The position numbers and the translations under genes are program-made. From Lama guanicoe (taxonomy: Eukaryota), in the NCBI GenBank assembly GCA_013239625.1, contig MU053661.1:62001-126000 (forward strand): 64,000 nucleotides of DNA, written 5' to 3'. The notes below the pieces were generated by a model, which saw nothing but the letters and a program-made list of their open reading frames with translations, searched no databases and had not been told where the DNA came from. Position 1 is the first letter of the stretch; each line of letters begins with the position of its first letter. Shown piece by piece: positions 50,731 through 62,869 of this stretch.

Positions 50731-53700
50731 AAGCATAAATTGGACATCACCCATCCCATCAAAACTCACTAAAAGAGTCACCAATTCATTAGGAGCCAAA
50801 GTCGTCCCAAAGTCTTCCAGGACCCGGCGTGCTCTGCCTCTCCGCCCACACTCTCCACCTCACTCTGGGGGCCTCTGGCTCCGGCTCTTCCTTCTTCCTC
50901 CGGATCTATGCTGCTTCAAGTTCATTACTCCGTGAGATCTGCCAGGATTGCCTTGTTCCCTCCTGTCTGCCTCGCACCCCACCGCCATCACCTGAGTTTG
51001 CTCATATCACTCTTATCTTTCCCCAAGCTCTTGCTACCCCCAACATGCTGCCTGTTTCATCTGCTAAAACTCTGAGCCCCCAGTGGTGGGGAGTCGTGTC
51101 TAATTTGTTGACTAATAAAGCCCAAGAGCCTTGGGAACAGGTCTAGTTACTAGATTCCCATATGTAGTAGGAGCTTATGCAGATTTGCTGAATGAATGCA
51201 GAGGTCCTGGTCCAATCCGATGGAGCACTTGTGTGTCCTGCTCAAAGAATAACTCTCCTTTCCCCCTGAGAGGGGGTGACCACTTCCTTGGTGATCAAAG
51301 GCAAGGTCTATTTTCTTTATGCTGTTAAACTTAGGCGGGGAGACTGGGGGATCTTCACTTATATTTTAAAATTTGATTCACTCTGCAGTGTGTCTTATGT
51401 CTATGTATTCTTTTAAGAAACCGTTTATGAGTGATCATTCTTCCATCAGATTGAACTGGAACCAGGGGGAATTACGAAGCCTGTCCCATCGGACATCCTG
51501 TGTGTCATGTCCTGTGACCCAGTGGATGCTCAGCACGTAAGTGAACCGGCAAGAGTGAGTGAAGAGATGGGAGCATCTCATTTTTGTGGTGGCTGCACTC
51601 TGTCCGATGCCTTGAGATTTGGGGGTTTACAAGTGCGGAGGGGAGAGGTCAGGTTCTCCGTGATCTTCCTGAGTGCCCTGGCCTTACCCATTCCCACAGC
51701 CCCCTCTGGGCAGCCAAGGCCAGGAGCTGGGCCACCGGCGATTGTGCTGATCAATAATCCACCTCACACAAAGTCCGGGGGTAGGAGCAGCCAGCACAAC
51801 TGGTTGTAGACTCTGGAGTCAGGTCCTTGGAGGAATTCCTCACTGGACGATGTTTTGGACCTTTTATTTTTCTCTATAGCCTCCAGCTGAAGAAACAGAT
51901 TGCCTTAGATACATGAAAGGTGAGGACACCTACTATCCCCATGGAACCCTGGTGGGGCTGGGAGTGTGCTGTTTGTACAGCCGGTGGGCTCGTGTTGCTT
52001 TGGGCATTCCTGTGCCTGAATTCCTGCAGTACACTCGGTGGTAAGGACGGGGGTGCCTGGCAGGGAGGGAAGCGGGTCGGAAGACTGCACAGCTGGGGAG
52101 ATGTTAACCTGGGGTGAGCGGGGACCTGCTGATGCATGGCATCTCGGTGTAGGGAACTCTCCACACTCAGAGGGGTTCCCACTCCCGCCGGGGCCCTTTG
52201 ATCAGGGTGCTGGGCTGTCTGCACAGCAGGGTCCCTGTGAGGATCATGGTGCCTTCAGGCAGTGGGAAGTGAGGGGTCAGTGGCACATAATGTGTTTCCT
52301 AATCTGCAAAACTGGAATGATGTTAACCATCCCGCAGGTTCGTTGATGGGCTGGGACACACTAGACAACCAGGAGCTGGAATTCCTCTGTCCCGATTGTT
52401 TTCCTTCCTTCCCACTATTTGCTCTCACAAGCTCAGTCTCTCTGTCTCTCTCTCTCTTTCACTTGTGGATTTCTCTCCTGCTCTGGTTTCATTTGATTCC
52501 CACCCTCCTCCCAATCCCCAGATGAGTGAAATTAATTTCTGTGTGTCAGTTCCAAATTCCCTGGAAAGATACACTCTCCCCTCTGGATTTGTTGTCCAAC
52601 CCATCAGTTGCAGCCAGAGGAGAGAGTCCCTCTGTGACCAGTGGAGGGGCTCTGCCCAGGCCCCAGCCACCACTGTGGGAGCACATAGCTCTCCGAGGAG
52701 GAGGTACTGGCTGTGACTTGGTGTCACTAAGTGTGAATTTATGTCTCCTCTTGCCCCACCTTCATCCTCCTAAACAAAGTTGAAAATTAAACATTCCCGA
52801 GATTTGTGTCATGGATCACTCAGGGTGGGGGCTAAGAGGGCTGGATTCCCTGCTGAGTGTAAGGGGCTACAGTGACTCCCCAACGAGAGCCTGTGAAGGG
52901 AACAGCACCGGCCCCACCGGACACTTAGGGCGCTGAGTCTGCGTGACATTGAGCCAGGCTTCTGACCACAGCTCAGGGGTCTGGTCCGACCGGTTAGTCT
53001 TTGAAACCAACCAGCTTTGGATTCTTCAATCCCGCCCTGAGGTTTTACCTGAACCACCAACTTCTGTATCTCTGAAGAGAGATGATGAGGACCCGTCACA
53101 TAAGGCATTTGCACGTAAGGCATTTGCACAGCCCTGTGCGGGAATTTGTGCTGCATGGTCTGCCCGGCGATCTGAACGAGGTTGGTATTTTACTGATCTT
53201 AGAAATAGTCTGGTTTCCTGATGCACTGTTTCACTTAACAAGCAACAGAAGCCACCTCTGGCTGATAAAAGTAAAAAAGGGACTTAAAGAAAAGATACTG
53301 GGAGGGTGCATGGAGTTGCCCGGACCAGAGCCGACCCGGGGGCCGTAGGAGATGTTGGGGAGCCCTAGGCACCAGGCTGGGCAGGGTGTCACCAGGCCCC
53401 CTGCTGCCGCAGCAGGGACCCCCCTCCTCCTGACCCTCCACCTCAGTGCAGGTTCGTGTCCTGGCAGGGCCATGTCACACTGAAGCCACCAGCCCACACC
53501 TCAGTGGGAGAGTGGGCCCGTCTCAGCTGAGGGAGTGCCTGGTGTGGGGAGAGGCCCAGTTAGAGGAAGGCGGGTCCCCTACTGTTCTGAGTTAAGGTGT
53601 AATTCAGTGCCGGTCACTCAGGAGAGCCAGGGTGGTCTGACCTCATTGTGGTGACTATGCCGTCTGAGTTCACTTATTACTTTCTAGGTTGGAAGAACCA

Positions 53701-55569
53701 AGAGGGAGAAAAAGTGGAGGTTCTCGTACTTATTTTATATTTCCCACGTACCAGGTATAATAAGCAAGCCACTTCAGACAAGGCCCAGAACAAACACATA
53801 AATAGTCCACGGAGCAAGTCGTGCGGTCAGGCCTCTGCAGCCCCGAAACCCGTGTCCTAATCAGCTCCATAGTTACCAGTGGAAGTTGTAGGGATTTATG
53901 GGACTGTGTGCTCCTGTGGGGGCTGGGATGTGTGTGTTTAAATCCAGATCTTCAGAAACTCGGCTAGAACCACAGCCCCTGATTGTCTGCATGGAGGCAG
54001 AGGAGGGGAGGCTTGCAACCTCTAGTCCAGCTTGTGAAGAGCTCAGAAGTTGCTCCTTCTGTCCTTAAAACAATACCAGAGCTGAGGGAGCTGAAAACCC
54101 ACTACTCTTCTAAGATCCATAAGGAAACTGAGGGGGAAAGCTGCCCCCAACCCAGAGAGGCAGCCGGGCAGGCTTGGAGAGTCACAGCTCCCAGGGCAGA
54201 AATATCTTTTGTAAGAACCCCGGGGGCAGGCAGATTTAACAGGTCCCTGAGGCCAGCTGGAGGCTCAGCGTGGGGAAGTCTGAGTGTGACAACACCAGGA
54301 GGCCAGTCAGAGGGGCCCCCTGCTCTTTTTCATGCATTTTACCTCCAGGACCATGTCATGTTCTCAGAATGAAGGTCAGAGGAAAACTCCTCATGTTTCC
54401 TGCCTGGAAAGGAGAAAATAACTCTATTGAAATACATCCAGAACATTCTGTTTCATTGGCGGAAGTTGTTTTGTGTTTGTTTTTTTTAATGAAAAATTAT
54501 TTTACCAGAGCCTAACCAACCTGGGAGAAGGGAAATCCCTTCTGTCTCACCCAAATTGCGGTGGGGGGAAAGAGACACACTTTTGGAGGTCACAGATCAG
54601 GGCATAGTCTCAATGAGAACTAATCACAGGACTGCAGATGCCCTGCTCTGTCCCGCTCCCCCAACATCTTACCTCCATGTCAGTAGGGCCCCTGTGTAAT
54701 AACAGGAATAAAACTAAAGAAGTAAATGTCTCAGGAGTGTCTAGGGAAAACCCAAAGACAGCAGGGAGATGAAAACAAGGACACACAGGCTGTTTTAGCC
54801 TCTCACACCAATAGCTGTAGCAAACAACACACAGCCCAGCCCCAGTAGATAAACAGACAACCTCACAGAAGAAATTATTTATTTTGGTTCTCTTACCCAG
54901 TGCATTCCATGGTGCATTCTCGCCTAGAATTGAGTGGCAGCAAGTCCATCTCAGAAGGGACATAACTGAAGAGGGATGGCTTCCCAGAATCTGGCGGGCA
55001 GAGAGAGCACCAGCCTGAGTGAGAGCATGATGAGGGGTGGGGTAGGGGGTGGGCTGCCTTCTTCCCCAAATAAGGAACCTTCCTGAGACCAGCACAGTGG
55101 AAGGGAGGGCCATGGGGTGGAAGCAGACAGACTTCTTCCTGAGAACTGATGGGATGCCTCAAAGAGACTTTTCAGCTGCCCAAACTGGGCCCTGAGGATG
55201 GGAGCCAGTCGGTCTGACTCAGAGCCCAGGACTGAGGTGGGCTCACAGCAGGCCGGTCTTACTTGGCCGGATCCATTTCACTTCTCCGAAGCCCTGTGTA
55301 AAACATGAAATGTGGACGGCCTGGTGAGCACAGCTCTGCCCTCAAGACCTGTTTCAACTCCTCTCTTCCCGGAAAACAGCATCATGAACCCATCTGGGTG
55401 ACCTCACAGAGATCACCCTAGTGGCCCAGGCTAGTGACCGGGAACATGTACCTTCCTGCAGGCAACCCCTGACGTCCACTGATGCATCATATACTGGCAA
55501 AGAGTGAGTCCCTGTGCATTGGTCTTACAGCAGAGACTCTGCCAAAGGCCCAAGAGGTGGTGTGTGGGA

Positions 55570-55745
55570 CATGCAGGGGTGCAGGATTGTAGGCAGTGCA
55601 AAAATGTAACTGGTGACAGGGGTGCAGGGGCTGTGGAGGGTGCAGGCAGTTCAGGGGATGCGGGGGTGGAGGGAAGCAGAATTGCAGAGAGTAGCAGGGG
55701 TGCAGAGGTGCAGGGAGTGTAGGGATGCAGGGAGGTGCTCAGGGA
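55570..55745 (+). repeat. Degenerate short G-rich (GTGCAGGGG-like) tandem repeat
   Basis: Repeated gtgcaggg(g)/cagggg units directly upstream of the 160-bp array. Confidence 0.75.
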
Positions 55746-55780
55746 CGTGGCCACCATTAGAAGGCAAGTACACATCCTCG

Positions 55781-57890
55781 CAGTCAGCCTGACCCCGGGA
55801 GGCTATTGCAATGGTTTGGGGTGGCGGCGGCGGCGGCGGTGGCGTTTGGGAGGCTGCCCAGGCAAGCCGGTCGATTTCTTCTCTTCCCTGCAGCCTGGCC
55901 TGTGTTGGGGCTTGGCGGCCGGAGATTCGCCAGATGTTGGACTCCAGGTAAGCTTGCTCCTGGGAGGTGGGGCGGTTAGGTCAGGGGGCGGTGGCAGCGG
56001 CAGGGGGGCGGAGCGGGGCTGCCCCTGGCCAACTGGTGGAATAGCTGCCTTTTCCCGGCTGCCGGGCCTGGGAGCGGCCTCTGCTTCCTCAGGTCGCCGG
56101 ACACGCCTGTCCCACTCAGCTTGCTGAGTGGGGAGTGGGTGCGGTGCCGTTAAGGTGCAGGGCCCACGGGGGGAGGGGAGCTGCCGTGGGGAAGCCGGTC
56201 AATCCGCTCCGCTCTCCCCGGCGGTGGAGCCAGGAGCGGCTTCTGCTGCCCTAGAGGCGGGACGCGGGTCTCCAGATGAGCTTGCTCCTGGGAGGCGGCG
56301 GCGGAGGCGGCAGGGGCAGGGGATGTGTTCCAGGGAGTTGCTCCATTTCTTCTCTCCCCCACGGCCTGGCTTGGGGGCGACGTCTGCCGCCGGATCCGAC
56401 TCCAGGTAAGCTTGCTCCTGGGAGATGGGTGCGGTGCGGTCAGGGGGCTGGTAAGGTGGTGGCTGCAGGCATAGGGAGGCTGCCCCGGAGGAGCTTGTGG
56501 ATTAGCTCCATGTCTTCACCGCGTGGCCTGAAGGCGGCCTCTGCTGCGCCAGGTCCCGGGACACCCCTGCCCCACTTTGCCTGCTGGGGGCGGGAGGCAG
56601 GGTAGTTAGGGTGCAGGGGTGGCGGTGGTCGGCGGCCTGCAGAGGGGGAGCGGGCCCACTTGCTCCCATCTTCCCAGCGGCTTGTCCTGGGGGCGGTCGC
56701 TGTTGCCCTGGGTTACGAGACATGTGTATCCTAGTTGGCCTGACCCCGGGAGGAGGACTTGGTACGTTGGGGGTGGTGGCAGCAGCAGCAGGTTTTCCCG
56801 TGGATCTTGACCATTTGTTCCCACTTTCCCCCATGGTTTGCCCTGGGGGCGGTCCCTGTTGTCCCAAGTTCGCCGGACGTCCATATCCAAGTCAGCCTGC
56901 TCCCTAAAGGAGGCCACCGTGAGGTCAGGGGGCAAGAGTGGTGGCTGCTGCGGGGGTAGGGGGCTGCCTTGTGGGGCTGGTGGATTGGCTCCCGTCTCCC
57001 CAGTGGCCTGGTGTGGGAGTGGCCTCTCCTGCCCCAGATCACCAGACACACCTGTCCCATTCAGCCTGCTGGGAGAGGGGCGCCCTGGGCGGTGCCTTTA
57101 AGGTGCGGGGGTGGCGATGGCGGGGGTAGAGGATCTGCAGCGCGGAGCCTGTCAATTTGCTCCCCTCTTCTCCGCGGCCAATCCTGGGGGCGTCCTCTGC
57201 TGCCCAAGAAGCCGGATGCCCGTCTCCAGGTCAGCTTGCTCCTGGGAGGCGGGCGCGATGCGGTCGAGGGGCAGAGGCAGCTGCGACGGCCGGCTGCCCC
57301 GCCAAATGGGGCCACTTCTTCTCCTCTCCCCTGACCTGGCCTGGGGACGGCCTCTCCCGCCCAAGATTCGCCTGACACCCCACACCCGGTCAGGTTGCTC
57401 CTGGGAGGTGTGCGCGGTGAGATCAAGGGTTGGAGAGGAGAGGGGGCTGCCCCTGGCGAGCTGGAGGATAAGCTGCCATCTCCCTGGAGGCCTGACGTGG
57501 GGGCGGCCTCTACTGCCCCTCGTTCCCAGGTAAACCTTCTGAGGGTCATATTGCCCCGAGGGTGAGGTAGGGTGCGGGGATGGCGGGGTTTCGCGGGGGT
57601 ATGGAGCCTGCCGCTTGGGATCTGGTGGTTTAGCTCCCATCTCTTCCGCAGCTTGGCCTGGGGGCAGCCTCTGTTGCCCCAGGTCGCAAAGCACAGTTTC
57701 CCTGACAGCTTAGCCACCGCAGGTGGGCAGGATGTGCTGAGGGGGCGGAGGCAGCCGCCAAGGCAGCGACGGAGGGGGCTGTCCCTGGCCAGCTGGTCAA
57801 TTTGTTGCCATCTCAACTTTTGCTGCCCCAGTTTCGCAGGACGCCCTACTCCAGTTTATCCTTCTCCTGGGTGGTGGCCGCAGTGCATGC
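55781..57890 (+). repeat. Diverged GC-rich tandem array, ~14 monomers of ~160 bp
   Basis: Anchor motif CAGGT(A/C)AGC(C/T)TGCTCCTGGGAGG or variants at 55781, 55945, 56113, 56273, 56403, 56573, 56732, 56888, 57058, 57227, 57387, 57543, 57702, 57852; GGCCTCTGCTGCCC-like motif precedes most anchors. Confidence 0.85.
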
Positions 57891-59684
57891 AGCCCAAGGT
57901 CTGGGCTCTCACCTGGGGAGGGGCAGAACTCTCTTGTTCTCCTTTGTCTTTATTCTTCAGCGAAGTGGTTACTGGACCCAATTCTTAATTCTGAGAAAAT
58001 GTAGCCTGTGTTACGGAAGAGCTGCTGGACAGTGAGGATCCTGGGTGGGTTTTCACATCTGCTGATGCCCCAGGCAGGCAGGAAAGGTATTACTCAGAGC
58101 TTCTTAGTCTGGTGTTGGGGGATGGCCGCGCCATCTTCACCATGCTTTTTAAAAATGTGTTACTCCCCTCTTTTTCCTAGGTGACATTTTAGGTTATTGG
58201 GTCACAGATTGCTGGCACATTCAACCCTGTTCTCAAACATCTTTTACACTTGGGTGAAGTGATAAGTAAGGAAGATGATTTACTGAAAGATAAGAATACT
58301 TAAATTTGCATTAAAGCTACATTCTGTCAATCTTTCTCAAATGATTTTTCTCTGATTCTAAATCCACGACCTAGTGAATGTTGTACTCTTATGTAAATCA
58401 TTGATCTTCACATCACATTTGTTGAGTGGTAAATGAGATTTGTTAAGTAGATTATTCCTGAAAGGAAAAGCTCAGGCTTTTGAGAATTCCTAGTCTGATG
58501 TCACCCAGGCAGTCACAGTTGAAGACAGAACTGATATAAAAATCCCTCAGCTGCCTGAACTGCAAAGCTTCTGGAATTATTGATCCCTGAAATGCAGGTG
58601 ACTCTTGATGATAATCTGGGGGATGGTTTATATGATCAGATTCTTCCAGTCCTGTAAATGGGTTCCGTGGCCCCAGCCCCGAGAGAACTGGTCATAAGGG
58701 CCATATCGTGTAGGGTGGGATGGAAAGGCAAGGTGTAAGAGCTGGAATCACTGAGATTCCACACTCGCTACACACAGACTCCAGAGCCTAATTGTTGTCA
58801 GATTCTGTTCTGTACTTGAGAGTGTGTTCAGACATGATTCTTGCCCTTCTGGAGTCACTGCCTGGGTGGAAGTAACCTTTACATAAATCTGGGAAGGATG
58901 GCAATTAAGTAGATGGGCTTTTATGGTTCTCAGTGTGCCCAGGCTCGCTCTTCCAGGCACTCGTGGGACTAAGGAGAGTCATGTTATTCACTCATTCACT
59001 GATTTATTACCCTTGAATTGATAATTTTTCCCACAGTAAGTGAAACAAGGGATCAGGAACCTGAGTTTTATCCCCTCTCCTATCACTGATTGTATCTGTC
59101 AGTCGGGAGCCCTGCGTATGCATTGTGAAATGGTGGTATTTCTTGCCCAATGGGGCTGCACTGTGAGTTCTGAGAATCAGGGGAGACACGTGGGTAGGAC
59201 AGCACCCTGACACACATGGCCCCCCACCCCGTGAGACTGCATTGTCGATGCTCATGTGACCCGATGCATACGGCGGTGCTACACCTGAGCATGTTTAGTG
59301 ATCTTGGTGGCTATGAAAATACAGACTACCGGTCCCTACCTCTTGAGACTCTGAGGGTGTGCACCCCAGAATTCTGCATTTTAAGAAGCACTTTAACTAA
59401 TTCTGATGAAGATGATCTGAGTGTCCCACTGAGAAACACTGGTGTGCGAGGAACCAATATTGAGGATTCTCAGGGAGCAATTTCATTTCAGGATTGTCCA
59501 AGGGCCCTCACTTGTGACTTTTGCATTGGGTTTAATTGTATGTGTTCAGAGTGATGTCTCTCACTTCCAGTGCTTGTCAGCATGCTCTGTGCAGGGATTT
59601 GTTCTCACTAGCTATCAAAAACTGTGATTCTTCAGGTCACCAAGCTAGAGTGTGAGCGATCTTTTATTTTGGTTTTCTTTATTG

Positions 59685-60170
59685 CAATGCAGAGTCTCCC
59701 GAGAAGAGATTCAGACTGAACAGCTTTGTGTCAGAATTTGGAAGACCGCTGGTGCCCAAGGTGTTGTGTGGCAGGGCAATGACGAATCTAGGTCCCTCTT
59801 TCACTGCTACATCAGTGAAGTGGACCACTTGGACAAGGCCAAAGCTGGTATCTCAACCATTGCCCTTGACAATGATATTCGGCTCCAGGAAGCCATCAGA
59901 TGCATCAGGTGGCCAGAGGAGGAGCCAAACAAGCTCATGAAATGTGACATCCCCAACTTCATCAACACGGACCAGAACTCTTCCTCTGGGGAAGATGATC
60001 TCCTGATTTTGGAACCACCGATTGTTCTAGAAAATAAGGCAGTTGCCCAGACCTCACACAAAGACTTGAATAGAGAAACGTGCTTTGTCAAGTGTCTTTC
60101 TGAAGATGTGAAGTCTGTCTTTGTATGGCAGGAATTCCTCTTTCACAAAGTTGTATGTGTTTTTGTCTGA
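59685..60170 (+). pseudogene. MRAP2: Orphan MRAP2 last coding exon copy (cytoplasmic tail only)
   Basis: NAESPEKRFRLNSFVSEFGRPL then, after a frameshift, QGNDESRSLFHCYISEVDHLDKAK...DIPNFINTDQNSSSGEDDLLILEPPIVLENKAVAQTSHKDLN, matching the MRAP2 C-terminus. Original acceptor now reads TG; no in-frame stop at the expected position; TM-encoding exon not found. Confidence 0.9.
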
Positions 60171-61904
60171 GAGAGAGAAATGGAGACACACAGAAAGACG
60201 AAGAGACATAAGAGAGCCCCCTCAGAAGAGAGCTGGTTAAGGTGAGTTTTTGTGCCTTTAAATAACATTCGGGGTTTTGGGGGGAACAAATAATTTACAC
60301 TATCTCATTCTCCTTGTTGGAAACCTTGGTCCCGTCCTCAGTGTCAGCATCCTTGAATGGGGGTTGGCACGGTGCATTTCATCAGGCGCTGCCATTTCCA
60401 CGCTCTGCCTTTAGCACGTTGCTTTGTCTGTCAGGGCTGCCACCCTTTTAACTGTAAGGAGTGGAGTCTGGAGTAGATGATCCATCCAAGCTCTGCTGTT
60501 TTGCAAATTTCTGATTTCGTATTCGGATGAGGCTGTGATACACCCAGAGCAGTATAAACCAGGCCCTATCTCCTGCCTATTGCTGGGGAACCCCTCAGTT
60601 CTGTGCCTTCTACTCAAAACTTTACTGAGCCCAGCTTTTCTCAGGAGCCCAAATGACTACCGGAATGACAGGAGGCTTGTCTCTAGTGGTCACGGTGGCC
60701 GACATTTCTATTGGTTGTGCTGAAACAGCTGTTCTGAGATCCCATGGCCATCCTTGCTCAAACCTGAGGACAGCCCTACTCTTCCTTTCCTAGGAGGGGG
60801 ATCTATCCATGGTGCATTTTATGACAATCCTGTCCCCAGGAATGCACAGAAGTTTATCAGCTGAGTGAGGGGAGGTGCCTCTGTGTCCCTGTGTCCCTGT
60901 ATCTCGGTCTGCTCACAGTGCCCTGCCACCGGCTACTGAAAAAGAAAAGTGCTATTCACCATGCTGTGTGTGTTGCAGATGTGTAGGTGATGGTCTTGTG
61001 GCTCTTGTGTTGGCTTTGACCTGGGATGGTGAAGGGCTTATAAATACCTCATCAACATGTATTTGAGGTGGCCTGGTGCCACACATACTTGATTCATAAA
61101 GGCATCAAGCCTGCACACTGGTTTGGAAACAACTTGGTTTTGATCAGTCACACTGCATGCATGACTCGCTGCTAATATCTGGGTGATTTTTTCATTTTAG
61201 ATCTATTCACCCCGTGTCTTGCTTAAGCTGAAAAATACATTTATTTCACCAGAATATTCTCTGATTCTTTGTTTTCACACATCCAGTTTTTTAATTCCTT
61301 TAAAAATGATTGTGTTTATAATGCCTCCTAATTTTTATAATCTCTAGGTTCCCAGTGGCCTGAGCCATGCACCAGATTTGACGTAGGAACTGTTCCACCA
61401 AAAGAAATCCCTTCACCATAATATCTTTTGAGGATAATATTATCCTTTAAGACTCTAACAGTAAATCATAGAACAAAGCATGGAACATTTCTTGTAGTTA
61501 ATACATGTTCATGCAAAAAGAAATGATATTTTCATTAAACAATGTTGATTTTAATAACTTTTACAAATGTGGATATTATTATTCATAATTTAAGTAACCA
61601 GATAAAACCAGTTATTTATTATGAAGATTGAAAATTATTTACACGGTCTCTTAATCACAAGTAGCTTTATTAGAAGACTGAAGGATATTTAGAAGATGGA
61701 AAAATACCCATGATGACACCATCAGTTTTATTAACTAAATATCAAGAACTCTGCAGGGTTAAGATTTAACCCTCTGCAAGCTGCCAAGTTAGCATGAGGT
61801 AGTTTGTGGATGCTGCCAGAGGACAGGACACTCCCCCAGGATCAGAGACAAAGGACTCCCTGCCAGCACAGCAGGCAGCCTGTGGTTCAAGTTCATATTG
61901 GTTC

Positions 61905-62190
61905 CTGAGTTCCTTTCCTATTGCTGTTGTAACAAAGGACCACAGACTCAGTGGCTTAAAGCAATACACATTCATCTTCTCACTGTTCTAGGGTGCAGAA
62001 GTGCAAAGTCAATGTCACTGGGCTAAAGCCAACGTGTGGCCAAGGCTACGTTCCACACCGAGGCTCTAGGGTGGGATTCGTCTTCCTACCTTTCCCCTCT
62101 TGCAGAGGTGCTCACACTCCTTGGCACAGGGCCCTGTGTCACTGTGACCTCTGCTGCCACTTTACATCTCTGTCTCTGACTATATAGATA
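61905..62190. mobile_element. MaLR (MLT1-type) LTR fragment
   Basis: ttcctattgctgttgtaacaaaggaccacagactcagtggcttaaagcaa. Confidence 0.75.
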
Positions 62191-62869
62191 TAGAGGAAGA
62201 GTCTTCTACATCTGGTATGGACCCTTTTTCCTAAATGGACATTGTATCCCTATTTATGTGCAGATGAAAACCCCTTCCCTCCAGGGTGCGGTGGCATCAG
62301 CTCACAAGATGACCACTCTGGGCTTTAAGTGTCCTCTTTGTATTGTCATCAGGGAACTTCTCTCTCCATAGTTAGCTCTGTGTTACTTTGTTGTTATATT
62401 TTACCCAGAATTACTGAAAGTTTTACTTAAAAGGGATCCTAATTAGCTCTGTTTACCTGTTTCCAGAGCTGAAAGCTTCAGTTCTAGAGTATCAGTTTGA
62501 TTTTTCCTAAAAATACATTCCAGTATATTTCTCTGGTGAAAGTCTCTACCCTGTTATCTATTCTCCCATCATTTCCTTATTTTCTTGAATATATTAAAAG
62601 TGTTTTATAGCCTTTATTGGTAACTCTAATGCCTAAATTACCTGGGGGTTTGCATCCTTTGTCTAATGCTTTTATTCTCATATTGTCTGTCATATAGTCT
62701 GGACATGTTGCATGTCTAGAAATTCTTTATTACATGGCAGACATTGCAAATGAAAAATCCATATGTTATCTTCTGTGAGAGGTTTTCCACCTTCCCGTTA
62801 GGGAGACAGTGTGAGGGACTGATCATGTCACTCCAATCAGGCGCTGAGGTGGATCAGGATTAAAGTGCC

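Noticed and set aside
55781..57890. CRISPR-like repeat/spacer reading of the array
   Set aside because: Mammalian context; whole monomers are homologous with no unique spacers; no cas genes.
55735..57988. Many overlapping ORFs up to 251 aa on both strands
   Set aside because: Expected from stop-poor GC-rich repeat; no recognisable protein or consistent frame across monomers.
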